DNA of 64,000 nt, taken from the NCBI GenBank assembly GCA_013265495.1, contig MU058009.1, positions 1,366,001 through 1,430,000 on the forward strand. The letters are read 5' to 3'. The notes below the pieces were generated by a model, which saw only the letters and a program-made list of their open reading frames with translations, ran no database searches and was not told the origin of the DNA. Below are positions 37,641 to 50,288 of this stretch, one piece after another. Each line of letters starts with the position of its first letter. Position 1 is the stretch's first letter. A program made the position numbers and the translations under genes. This DNA is from Vicugna vicugna. Taxonomy: Eukaryota.

Positions 37641-38284
37641 CCGCGTGTCGCTGCTTTATGATTATACGGTATGCATAAGAACGCTTAAAGCTATTTTGCC
37701 AAATAAGTACATACAGGGCCAAATAATCCCCCAAGCATGTAGTGCTGGCTCAGCAATCTTAATAAACAGCAGAGCAAAACCCCAAAGTGGCCTGTGTCTT
37801 AGATTCGCTACAGCCCTGTCGCCGTCGGCTTCTTCCTCTCCCTTACTGACGAGGGAGGACCACGCTGTTAAAAAAAAAAAAATGGAAAAAAGATTCATTC
37901 AAATCTGGGAACTGTCAAATCTCTGATAAGCCAGTCCAAGAAAACAGAAATGAATTGACTCTGGTTCCCAGGACGGAAAGCCCCAGGAGGTATTGCTGTC
38001 CAGACCAGGCTCTAGACCAGCTCCGTCCTCCCTCTCAGCAGACCCCCCCCCCGCCTGCTTCTGCTCAGACAAAGCCCTTATGGAAAGTAGCGCGAGGACT
38101 GTGCTGACTACAGTCAGTGTGATTTATCAGGACTACTGGCGTTTGCAAAAGCAAGTGGTCTGTTTGGATGAGATCTTTCCCAGGCAAAAAGAAGAAGAAG
38201 AAAAATCTGGCTTGAAGATCCTTGCTCTCCCAGCCCCCTAACGCCATTGGTTCTTCCCAGCAGCACAAAAGCAATGGGGATTCC

Positions 38285-38301
38285 GCCTGCAGGAGGCGCT
38301 A
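38285..38301 (+). promoter_or_regulatory. CTCF-like motif
   Basis: GCCTGCAGGAGGCGCTA versus consensus CCASYAGRKGGCRSY: 2 mismatches. Confidence 0.45.
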
Positions 38302-39178
38302 GGTGTTCTGGGCACATCTCACTCCCATCACCTCCCCAAGCCCTTGTATTTCCTTACACAGGAATGTTAATAATCCCACCCTGGACACTTTTCTGACTTT
38401 GCTTGCTCCCCAACCTTCCTCACCTCACTTTCCCCGTCAGGCTTCCCCCCACCTCCCCTCCCGGCCCCAGGCGAGGTCCACTCCCATCTGGTTTCTGTTA
38501 GGAGCTCATTTTCAGAGTGCAGGCTGGTGGAATTTGTAGTCCAGACCCCCTCGAGTGATGAGAGTCCTGGGCTGCTGAAGGTCCCTTCGTGCGGTCCCTG
38601 CCACCTCCCCCTCCTCCCCTCCCTGTGCCCCATTCGCCCTTGTGCAATAACACGCTGGAGCCCACATCTGTTTTCAATTCCATGTTCATTTGAACTGCTC
38701 TGGGAAAATGGAAGCTCTCACTAGAGACCGGGGTCTTAAAGCAACAGCATGAATACAAACAACTTGATTTGCCCAACAAAGGAATACATTTACGAGGTAC
38801 TGGGAGGGGGGTGGATTTCTATATCCAGGCTGGAGGTATTGCATTAAAGATCTGCCCGTCTTCCCTGGTTCCTGGATGAGACGATATTATAATCAGAGAT
38901 GCTTGAGTCCTTCATTCTTGGTTCTAATGGTCATCTCTTGCCCAATTTCTAGTCTGGGAATGTTGCCTGAATTCCACAATCTAAATCAACAGCGTGGAGA
39001 TTCCCAGACTTCTCTTTGTCTTCAGTTTATTGCCTGATCAAAACTGTAGATTGTTTTCTCGTTTATATATATATAAAATACAGGAGACTTTGTTGTTGTT
39101 TTTTCTCACTCATTTAATTGCCAAACACAAGCTGTGTCTTTTAGCAAAAGGAAAGCTGGTGTCTTGTTCCTCTTTCAG

Positions 39179-39301
39179 GCCAAGAAAACAAATGATCTCC
39201 TGTAGGAGATGATGCCACGTCCTCAGCCAACGTTCTGCTGCTTCTTGAGAAAAGTGTGTCGGTCAAAATTAAGAGGACCTCTCGTGACTGACACATCACT
39301 G
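39179..39301 (+). ncRNA. Candidate internal exon (lncRNA/5' UTR)
   Basis: Acceptor 'gtcttgttcctctttcag|GCC', donor 'ACTG|gtaaga'; 123 nt; stops in all three frames across the full exon. Confidence 0.4.
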
Positions 39302-39974
39302 GTAAGACATGAGGGGAGCGAATTTTAAAAAGCTTTGGAACTTGAAAGATCCTAGAAAAACAAGTTTTACTTTGTTATCATTAAAAAAAAAAAGGGAGAA
39401 GAAGTTGCCATAGTAAAGAGTATTGGTTCTTTAGGAACTGGGGACCCTAAAATCATCACTGGGAGTGTGGATGCTTCCACTTCATCGCTTCGGTGTAAAC
39501 AGCCCAAGTGTATATGCCCCTGAGTCATCGGATTGACACCGGCGTCACAGGCACAGGACAACAGAGGGAAAAGTAAAGGAGGTACAGGGCTAAGCTGACC
39601 ACAGGGATTATGTGTTCATGCACTCATTATACAATTAATATTAATTTTATATGCATGCTCTATAAATTATGTATTAAGAATGCAATATTCATTTATATAT
39701 AACAATGTAAATATATTACCCTCACAAATATTTGTGGAATAGTCATAAAGTCAGATACCAAATATATTATATATGTGTGTATTTATCAAATATTGAGATG
39801 GTGTATAATACACTATCGACCTTAATATAAAATAAATGCATATAGTACATAGATATAGGCTTACTATAAATATATACAAATATGCTGACTTGTTACATAT
39901 AGAATATATCCATATATAATGTACTAGTATAGACTAAAGACATCCATTCGACAACTACTTGCTTTGGCAGGATA

Positions 39975-40200
39975 TCTTGGTAGTTTAGAGTCTGGACTCT
40001 GGCAACAGATGTTTCAAGTTCAAACCTTGTTCAAATCCACTGTGGCCCTGCAGGTTGCTTGACCTATGTGAGTCTTGATTTCCTCACATGTGAAATAGAG
40101 GTAATGATATTAGCTGCCTGATGGTGTTAAGAAATGTTAATAAATTAATCCTTGAAAAATGCTTAGATGAATAGCAGCCTGTGAGAGAGTTTGATAAATA
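39975..40200 (+). mobile_element. MIR SINE
   Basis: 'tagagtctggactctggcaacagatgtttcaagttcaaacc...tttcctcacatgtgaaatagaggtaatgat'. Confidence 0.7.
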
Positions 40201-42714
40201 TCTACCATGCACCCCAGCTGGGCACTGCTGGAGTTGTGCCTAGTGAGACAGACAAGCAATAAAACAAGGGGTCAAGAAGGTAAAACCAGGGGTCAAGGGG
40301 TAGGTGACACTGGTGGAGGAAGGAGAGGAGACGCCTTCATTTCAGCCCTGGACTTTCTTACAAGAGTTCAAGAGAGGATCCCTGTTAACTAGGAAGCAGC
40401 AGAGCTACCATTGATTTGACGACAACGAGCGCTGTTATCAGCTAATGCTACTTACTCTTCACTTGGTCTCTTATCCATCTTGAGATATAACTAGCTTGTT
40501 TCTCACCCAAAGTTAGTAGATTTCAAGAGAAGAGGGATTTTGGCATTTAAAATATTACCCAATATATTCACTACTTCTACAGCAAACCTTATATGCTACA
40601 AAAAGAATTTCACGTAGTGTCGACTCTGAAGCTGTTCACTTGGTTTCAAGTTAATACCAAATTGGAATCCTAAGCATTGTTGAGACCCTCTGCAACCTTG
40701 ATCTAGCCTTTGGGGGGTACCTAGGTCGGATTACAAGGTCTCTTTGTCTCTAATAAGAAGTCTAAAGGGAAGGTTTCTGTAAATGATGCTACTTCATCTT
40801 CATCCGCTCACTTTCTCAGTTAACGCTGATATAATTTCTGATATGATTTGATTAATGAAGAATCTCAATTCTCCTCCTAGGTCCAGCTCACTTTAACTGA
40901 CAATTGATCAGGAGAGTAAAGAGGACAAAGGTCTTCAGATGAGAAACAAAATGTTGGTTCAATCCAAGGGCCAGTTAAAACCTTAAGTATTTTATCCCAA
41001 AACTCGTACATATTCCAGGCTCAGTAAAAACCCAGCCCATTGTGCTAAATTCTGCAAAACTTCGAAACCCCAAGGGATGTTGGAAGTGCCATTTAACCAA
41101 GGACAAGATGACCTTGAAGTAATAGTAGCTTCTTAATGAGACCTTCACAGGAAAAAGCTGTATACGTGTACATTAGGTAAGAGGCAAAGTGAAGAAAAAG
41201 ACAGTTCCCAGATTCACGAAAAAGAAAAGACCAGAAATATCTTCTTAATAAGTTAAGAAATTTAATGTCTTAGCAGGACACAAAATGTGCTCAGATCCCG
41301 ACTGTGGTAAGATTGGAGAAGATGAGATTGGATCGGATAAAAAGATTGTTGACTTGAATAGTAACTAGCAATATAAACTGGAAAGCGTGTGTGCTTTGGA
41401 AGAGACCTGAGTTTAAATATCAGATCGATCACTTTCTAGTGATGTGACCATGAATAATCTGGTTAATGGAGTGAACTTTAGCTCCCCTCTCTGATTGGTG
41501 CCTCCCTGGATGAGTCTTTACAATGATCGGCAGTCGGGCTCATTAATCTTCCTGTACCATCCTCAGCACATGAGAGTCATGCAGCGTGTGTCCCCTGTCT
41601 TTACAGGGAAGAGCAAGTCATAGGAGAAAGTGCATGGCGCGGGCATAAAGTCACTGGCGTTTCAGAGCCGTGCCATCACCGACCTACTGTGTCTTCTTGA
41701 GTTTTATTTTAAAGAAGGGGTAATAATGCCCACCAGGCATTACGTTAACGTGGATTAAATCAACTTACACTGTCTCTAGTCTGTAATGTGTGCTCAGCAG
41801 AGGTGGGTTTTTGTTTTGTTTTGTTTTTAATTCCCAGGGTTCTGAGCACAAACATTCCAGTATTAACTCTGCTACTGCTTAGCTGGGCCCCCATCTCGTC
41901 TCCCTCCCGAGATAACTGACAAAGCTCAAATGCTCCAAAAATAGGAAGCTTCAGGCGGGTGCGGGGGTAGGCGGGCTTTGGAGAGAGGGAAACCTGCGAC
42001 GGCGGGATATTTCATCAGACCGTGGACAGGCACCCTCGTCCTCAAGATGGCTCTGGGCCTTGAGGCCCCGCGGGAAGCCGGCTGCTCACCAACTCCAGCA
42101 GCTCCTGGCCAACAAATGGTTGCCCTGGACTGAGGAGCAAGGAGATGTGTTTGTCTTCTGAGGAATACTTATAAATAATTGGCGAGGGTATTCCAGGGTT
42201 ACTTGGAAATGTATAAACTGTTTATTTTCTCAGTGCTGATTGGAAAGACACAGGGAAGGGCTAATGCACTTGGGTTCAGTGTTTATTCGTCCAAAGAGGC
42301 TGAGCCCGGGGTTCATGACTGCACAGTCATCCTCTTTCTGGAATAGATAGCATTCCCCAGCACATGCCAGGGACACAGGGCCGTGCCATCTCACCCCGCT
42401 TCCTCCCTTGCAAGCCCCGTGGGCACGAGCAGTGACCGTCACTGCCGAAGCCCATGCCTGGAACCCAGGGGAGTCCCCACACGTGGGTATTCCAAGTCTC
42501 TCGTGTGCTCACTCCCACTAATTGGCTGGGGGAGGAAGCAACTGTTTTCAATCAACTTTGCATTAAATTGAACTTGTCCCTACATCGAGACTTAATGAGG
42601 AAGACTTTTTTTTTCTGCACAAATTCATCAGAACTAATTAATGGTAGTGACTATAAAAATCTGTTCATTTCTGTGAAGCATAAAGATCAAATGAAATATG
42701 TCAAACAGTGATAG

Positions 42715-42960
42715 TAACAATAGCTACCACTTAATAAGTGCTTATTAGGTGCCTGGAATTGTTCTGAATACTTCATAGGGATTAACTTCCTCATTCTCGC
42801 AATGATTATCCTATATGGCTAAATATTATTTCTATTTATAGATAAGATAGCAGAAGCATATAGAGGTCACATAGCTTGGCAAGAGACTTAAATGGTGAGA
42901 CCAGTAAACATCTGAAGCTGCAAATTACAGTGCAGCAGCTCGGACTCAGGGCCAGCCTCC
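42715..42960 (-). mobile_element. MIR SINE
   Basis: 'aacaatagctaccacttaataagtgcttattaggtgcctgg...tttatagataagatagcagaagcatatagagg'. Confidence 0.7.
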
Positions 42961-43069
42961 TCTGCTGTAGGAGGCCATCTTTTTGTTCTTACCATAGAAA
43001 TGTACTAGGCAGAAGAGCATTCTAGAATGCTCTAGAACCAACGAGGTCTAGCTCTCAGATCTAGATGTT

Positions 43070-43495
43070 CCTATGTCTCCACCGCAGAGTTCTTGTCCTT
43101 GCTTTTTCCTCAGCCTGCAAAGCTCTCCCCCGAGATGTGCATTTGACTTTCTCTCTTAAATTCTGAGAGTCATGAAGCGCACATACTTTCTCCTTAAGCT
43201 CTTGCTTAAACGTCCGTATCTCAGTGATGATGACACCTTTGATCTTCCATTTAAATTGCGCCGTCTCTTTCCTATCTTCTTCCCCCTTTAATTTTTGTCT
43301 CCATATCACTTCACCATTTGGCATACATGTGCAATCAATAATTTTTGTTGTTCATGATCTACTTTACTTCCCCCACTAGAATATAAGCTTCCTGAGGGAT
43401 TTTTGACTATTCCGTTCACAGCTGTCCCCTCAGAAACCAGCAGAGCAGCTGGCCCTTAGTAAGCACCAAGTAGTTACTGTTTGATGAATGAACGT
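43070..43495. mobile_element. L2 3' fragment
   Basis: 'cttcccccactagaatataagcttcctgagg...gttcacagctgtcccctcagaaacc...ctgtttgatgaatgaa'. Confidence 0.75.
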
Positions 43496-45699
43496 CTGTA
43501 AATTTAAAATAAACCAGCTGTGCAAACAAAGCGCAGCTCTTTTTGATACAGCTAACAGAAAAAAATGTTTCCTGAGCCAATAGGGTTTCATAGAGAATGC
43601 ACATTATTATTGGTTGAACAATATCTTTAACAATATTTCAGCAAGCACAGCAAGGAATTTCACAATGTATTTTAATAACATCTCTTAAATTATTTGTGTC
43701 ATACAAACATGTTTTTCAGTAACCGCTATTGAGAATTGTGCACTAAATTTAAAAATATAATAGTGTTTTATAAGATATCAGTTATTAACAATCTCCTTTG
43801 AAACTTTTTAAGATTGTCTGCCTATGAAAATTCAACAAGATGTTTATAAATGTATTTCACTTTGTTTTAGTAACATACGTAGTAAAAATACTACGCTCTC
43901 TGTCAATTCTCCTGTCAAAACATGACTATGGTTTTTTGATGTTGTTACCTAGAACATCGCCTTTTGCATGGCTGAGTTTTCCCATAGTCCTAGACCTCAT
44001 ACCCACTTACATTCAGAGGTATTTCTCAAATCGCCTCCCCAGGGCATGAAGAACTGTAGCCTTAGCTCCACCCCTTAATAACCTCCTACCATAGCGTACA
44101 GATTGGAGAGGGTCTCCACCTGCCTAGCCCTCCTCAGCCAGCAGTGCAAAATCATGCTGAAGAATCCTTCTGAAGCTCCCTTTTGATTTTCTGCAGCTTC
44201 TCGTGACTATCCCATGGACACATTTTAAAAATCTACCCTCTTCTCTCAAAAGATTGCCCCACAAAATGATTCAGTTGTGGTTTGCACATACTAAAATATT
44301 TCATAAAAAAATATACAGAAGTAAATTTTTCAAATCCTGGGATGTGCTGTAGGGGTAATTTGCACTATAGTAAAACTGAGCATATTTACTATAGCTACAA
44401 AAAGATTTTAGATTGTGGAGAAATGATCATGACCTACCATTGTGAGAGAGCCTCTCGGAGGAGATTATATAACATTTGGCATTTTTTAATATCACAGCAT
44501 CTCAAGTTCTACACATCATCAGTCTTCTGTCTCCCGAGATAAGAATGTCTCCAAAAACTCCAGAGTGATCTCTCTGGTTCATATGGTTTCCAACATGAAA
44601 GACCAAACACTATGTGTGACTGGGAAATACTAGGCAGTTTACAAATAAACGCAGAAGTGGTTAAAATACCGTTATCTTTTGATTAAAGCAGACACCGTTG
44701 CTATGGGATTCATAGAAAGCCAAATATCGGCTGACGAATCCTCCACAGAGCTTTCTTGCTGAAATTATGTTCTTTCTCAATCTAGAGACACTGCCGAGAC
44801 CTGATGGAAATGTCAGATCACTTTGCATTTCCCTTCTCATGAGATCCATTCCTTAAGAACTCAGTGTCCCCTTCTATAAGTTTTATGAATTGTGATCTAT
44901 TAAGTTTGGTATTTTCCCAAGCAGATCGGATTTTCACACTGAACTTCACTAGGAGTATGAGTCACTCCTATTGACTTGCCAGTGAAAGGCTGGAGAGGAG
45001 ACAAGGTGCTGCTACAGAGAAAGATGGCAGAGACAGAGAGATCTGAAGCCCAGGGTGAAGACCAACTCCAAGTTAACGTATCTCCATGAAATTTCTAAAC
45101 TGTACGGACATCATGTTTTATCATCAAACAGGCCCTGTGTCATTGCCTCTTCTTGACATTTTCTACACTGCCAGATAGTTAGAAGAGTAGGAGGAATGTT
45201 GATTTTGCACAATCAACCTTTAAAATCTGCTAAGGACACTTCCTTTTAGGGATTTTTCAGAAATCTTATCTCATGTCAAGTAGGAATATACCTATACAAA
45301 GATCTATTTGGATTTCTCATATAGAAATAGGAGATTCACAGTCTCTGGGGAAAAAGTGACCACTTCAGAAGGAGACTAAACTGAAAGTCAACTGGTAACA
45401 TTGGAAGTTACTTTCATGACAACAAGACTGTATATTTATATATATATTACATATATTATATATATATTATATTTTATATATATAAAAAAACTAAAAAATC
45501 CAATTGTAGATGTAGACATAGAAAACTAAGTGATAGATATTTTGACGAGACTACATATAACCAAGAAATTGTTACTCAGCTTCTGTAGTAAGAGCAACTT
45601 TGAAGCTGGAGAGAATGTCAAATGTGGAAAACAGTCCCACCAGCTTTATCATCAGTGTAAACTTTGGCAAAAGATAGAAAGAAAAACGCTAGTTCCTTC

Positions 45700-46155
45700 A
45701 ACAGCACTTTCTTTGATTGTTGATTGATTAAGCTTACTGGCCACTGTGACGTGGACTTTCTTATGCACCCTTTGGAGTGTGACTTAGTGGTTTTCTTCCA
45801 CTGATGGCAAAGCACTCTTCTTACTGATATTGGGAGTTGTCCAGGTGAGTTTCTGTAATCAACTATTAGTGTATGTGAAACTAGACACTAGAAACTAGAA
45901 ACTAGACACTAGACACTAGAAAATGTCTTAAATGTACTTACGTAGCTCGACTGCATTCTGAAGCTCCTGAAATACCATTAGAAAACCACGCCCAAAGTAA
46001 CGGCTGACCTTTAGCCAAGGACGCAGAATAAGACACACAAGGTAGGCTTGAACCTAACCTGAAACTTGCAGTGTAAAAAGATCTGCACCTGTTTATGACA
46101 GATCCACAGGCAAGGAAACAAATGTTTTTTGTTGTAAGCCACCAAATTTTTCACT
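45700..46155 (+). mobile_element. MaLR LTR (MLT1I/J-like) containing a heptamer array
   Basis: 3' end 'aaacaaatgttttttgttgtaagccaccaaatttt'; (ACTAGA[C/A])x6 at 45880-45921. Confidence 0.55.
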
Positions 46156-46409
46156 GAGTAAATAAAATCCCAAACTTGGTTCTGATTTCTTGGCCCCTAC
46201 CAATTCCCAAGTCCTTTAATTCATGCCAAAATAAACTATTAAAGCAAGAAGATTGCATCCTTCCTACTGTTCCTTTCAGTTGTGGCCAAGGTGGATATTG
46301 GACAAAGGAGATCCTCTCAGAGATCAGAACTGGGGCAACATGATTAGTTGACCAAGGAACTTCTTACAGTGAAAGGGCAAACAACGTTTTCTAAACCTGC
46401 CGAGCAGAA

Positions 46410-48110
46410 AAACAAACAAACAAACAAACAACCCTCAGCAAACTAGGAAGAGAGGGAGAATTTCCTCAACTTAATAAAAAGTAATCTATAAAGATCCACA
46501 GCTGATCTTATATGTAATGGTGAGAAATTCAAAGCTTTCGAACTAAGGTCCAGTACAAGGAAGAATGTCCTCTCTCACCACTCCTTTCAACATTGTACTG
46601 GAAGCTCCAGCTAATGTAATAAAACAAGAAGGGGAAATAAAAGGTTACAGATTGGGAAGGAATGAATAACTGTCTTTGCTCACAGATGACATCTATGAAG
46701 AAAATCCAAGGGAACTGATGAGAAAACTTCTGGAACTAATAAGCAATTGCAGCGAGGTTGCAGGATACAAGATTAATATACAAAAGTCCCTTGCTTAATT
46801 AACAGCAGTGAACAACTGGAATTTGAAATTTAAAACATAATGCCATTTACATTAACATCCAAAAAAAAAGAAAATACTTAGATATAAATCTAACAAAATA
46901 TGTACAAATTCTGCATGAGGAAAACTACTGATGAATGAAGTGAAAGAACTAAATAAAGGGAAAGAGATTTCACATGAATGGATAGGAATACTCAGTATTG
47001 TCAAGATGGCAGCTCTTTTCAACTTGATCTACAGATTCAGTGCAGTCTCCACCAAAATCCCAGCAAGTAAGTTGATGTACATCGACAAACTGATTCTAAA
47101 GTTTACATGGAGGAGAAAAGACCCAGAATAGCCAACTTATTATTAAAGAAGAACAAAACTGGAAGACTGAAAGCACGTGACTTTAAGACTTACTGTAGCT
47201 ACACTAGTCAAGACATAGCGCTACCGGCAATCAGTAGACAAACAAATCAATGGAACAGAACAGCGAGCCCAGAAATAGGCCCAAATAAACATAATTAACT
47301 GGCCTTTGACGAAGGAGCAAAGACCATGGAGGAAAGATAGTCTATTACAAATGATGCTGGAGCACCTGAGTATCCGCATAGCGAAACAAACAGACCGAAT
47401 CTAGACATAGACCTTATTCCTCTTACAAAAATCATATCAAATGAGCTCACAATGCTAAACATAAAATACAAAAATGAAACTCTTAGAAGATATTACAGAA
47501 GCGAGCCTAGATGGCATTAGGTATGGTGACAACTTCTAAATAAAACATCAAAGAATGATCCATGAAGGAAATAATGGATAAGCGGGACTTCATTAAAACT
47601 AAAAACCTCTGTGAGCTCACAGCAAAAAAAAAATGTGACCATGAATATATACATGTTCATGTGTAAATGAAAAATTGTGCTCTACACTGGAATTTGACAC
47701 ATTGTAAAATGACTATAACTCAATAAAAAATGTAAAAGATAAAAATACGTAAAACAAAACAAAAAACTAAAAACATCTGCTCCTCAAAAGACAATGTCAA
47801 GAGAATGAAAAGACAAGCCAAAGAATGGGAGAAAATATCTGCAAAAGACATGACTGATAAAGACTTCTTTTATCTAAAGTATACAAAGAATTCTTAAAAC
47901 TGAATAATAAGAAAATAACCACCCAATTGAAAAAATAGGCCAAAACCTTTCACGTGGGAGGAGATATACAGGTGGCAGAGAAGGATATGAAAGGAAGCGC
48001 TGTGCCATATGTCATCAGAGAAATGCAAATTCAAACAATCATGTGCTGTCAGCATACACCCACTAGAATGGCCAGAATCCAGAGCCACAGACGACGCATG
48101 GATGGACCTT
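46410..48110 (+). mobile_element. Old L1 ORF2 (RT/C-terminal) fragment, with a young L1 3' end inserted at ~47611-47765
   Basis: ORF 46931-47131 'WIGILSIVKMAALFNLIYRFSAVSTKIPA' resembles L1 ORF2 '[28 protein letters not shown]'. The insert is flanked by aaaactaaaaacctctg / aaaactaaaacatctg. Confidence 0.9.
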
Positions 48111-50288
48111 GGAAACCTCACTCTAGGTGACCCAAGCCAGGCCCAGAAAGGGAAATACGTGGAATCTTAAAAAAGCAGCTGAACTCGTAGTGGATTTGGG
48201 AGACTGCAGATACGTTCACTTCCTTGATCATGGTGATGACTTCCTGGGTCTACATGCGTGTCAAAGATTATCAGACTGTACACTTCAAGAGAAAAAGCCA
48301 ATAAAGCAAAGTCACTGTGCTCAGGCTTCACACCAAGTTCGATTAAGCTATCAGATAAAAAAGTAGTGTCTATTCTATAAATTGTTTCAGGAAGTAGAAG
48401 AAATAATCCTCAAATCGCTCAACGAGGCTCATCTTATCTTGAAACAGCTCTAAAGTAAGACAGCACGAGAAAGGAAGAAGGCGAGTTACACCGAGCTCTT
48501 AGAGCAGGTCAGTGCCTTGCCATGGGTCCTCGGCCGGGAAAAAGGGACTCCGAGGACACTCAGTGCCCCACCCCCTCCCCATGCAGATAGATTTACGAGG
48601 GTCACTGAACGGCACTCCGATTCCGGGGACAGGAGCAGACCTCAGCTCCTCCAGCCACATATGCTCCAGCTGCTCTGCTCTGGAGGTTTACCAAGCAACC
48701 AACTGCTTAGAGACGATTTAATTGTAACGAGCCCTCCCAGCTAAGTGGTCTTTTATTAGCCCAAGTGGAGTCCCCTGCAGCCGACGGGGCCACCCTCCCC
48801 AAGTCCCCTCCAGTCCTTCCCTATTAAAGTGAAATACAGCTTTAATATAGTCACACCTGGGGGAAGTGTTCCCTTAGTCCACAGCCCTGGCTGCCCACCC
48901 TCCCCCACCTGGGGTTGCCTCCTATTTCTTTATCCCTCAAGGCTGGCTTTGGCAGATTTTTGAACATTTAGGTTAGTGTTAAAGTCTACAGAAACACAGC
49001 ACATGAAAAGCAAGATCACTGACACTTACGTGCTTTGGAGTTGACTTCAGTCATCATTTAAATGTTAAAAAAAAAAAGAAAAGAAAGAAAGAAAGAGGTA
49101 CGGTGGAGAAGAAATAACAAACAGTCCTTGAAAACAAGTCTAAGAATCTCTTTATTCAGTATATGTTTGGGGAAACTGCAGGATAAATAACTCCATCAAA
49201 CCCTTATTTTAATATCTCTCGGGCTCCTGAGACACAGGAAAAATTATAATGGGCCAGAGCAAGTCGGTCTCAGTCTCTGTGCATGGGATGAGGGTTTAGA
49301 AGGACTCTCAGTATGAAAAAAGTTCCAAAGCTCCACTTTGATTCCGGAAATAAATTAAGCTACCAAAAGTAAAAGCAGAACTCATTCAATGCACCTATCT
49401 CAGATAAGATGTTTCCTCAGCTCCCTAAACAACTGTCCAACACTCCCATACTTGGACACATCTAGTTGACTGTCTTGGGGAATGAAACAGCATATTCAAG
49501 TTAATAAATGATTGTCTCCATTCTCAATCATGTTACAAAGGCACAGAGCAGTTAATAACTTCAGAAAGGTCACACAGCTCTCATCTCCCTGACTCCAAAG
49601 TCTGTGTCCTCCACGTTTATGCTGCAGTATCAGTGAGCAGGGGTACCGCCCTCATTTTTTAGAAGTTCTTCACCAGGTCCTTAATCTGGGGCTGCCTTTG
49701 ATATCTCCAGCCTCCTCTTGTATCTGAAAGAAGTCAAGAGTGTGGCCAGACTGAGTCACTCAGTAGCTCCCCTTACCCCACGTCTGGTGTGATCAGCCAC
49801 CCTTTGGCATAGTCAACATGTTGAAATTCCTGAGGAAGTTGTATCCACTGACAAGAAAGAGTTGGGACAGTAAGACACAGATGCTAAGGAAGAATACAAT
49901 GTGTCCATGGTATTTATTTAAATAATGTCTTTCTTTTTACTGATTAGAGATCACGTTTGTCTTTCTCAATATTGTTTCCTCCTCAGGTAAATCAATGGAA
50001 TTCATTCCCCAGATGGAAGTGAATACATCCTGATAGCGTTGTTTCTAACTAGACACACTTCACACTAAACCCAGATAGGGAAGGTGGAACAGAAGTTGGT
50101 GTACACACACACTGAGGAGAGTGACGGGCCTTTACCTCGCAGCTCAGGGCCTTTGTACTTGGAACGCTCTTCTCAGAGAGAACTAAATATCTTTCTCCTT
50201 CATTTTCTTAATTTTTTTTTCCAAAGGTAAGTTTTTCTATGAGACCTTACCTAAACACCTCTCCCCCTGCCTACATTTCCTATAGTCA

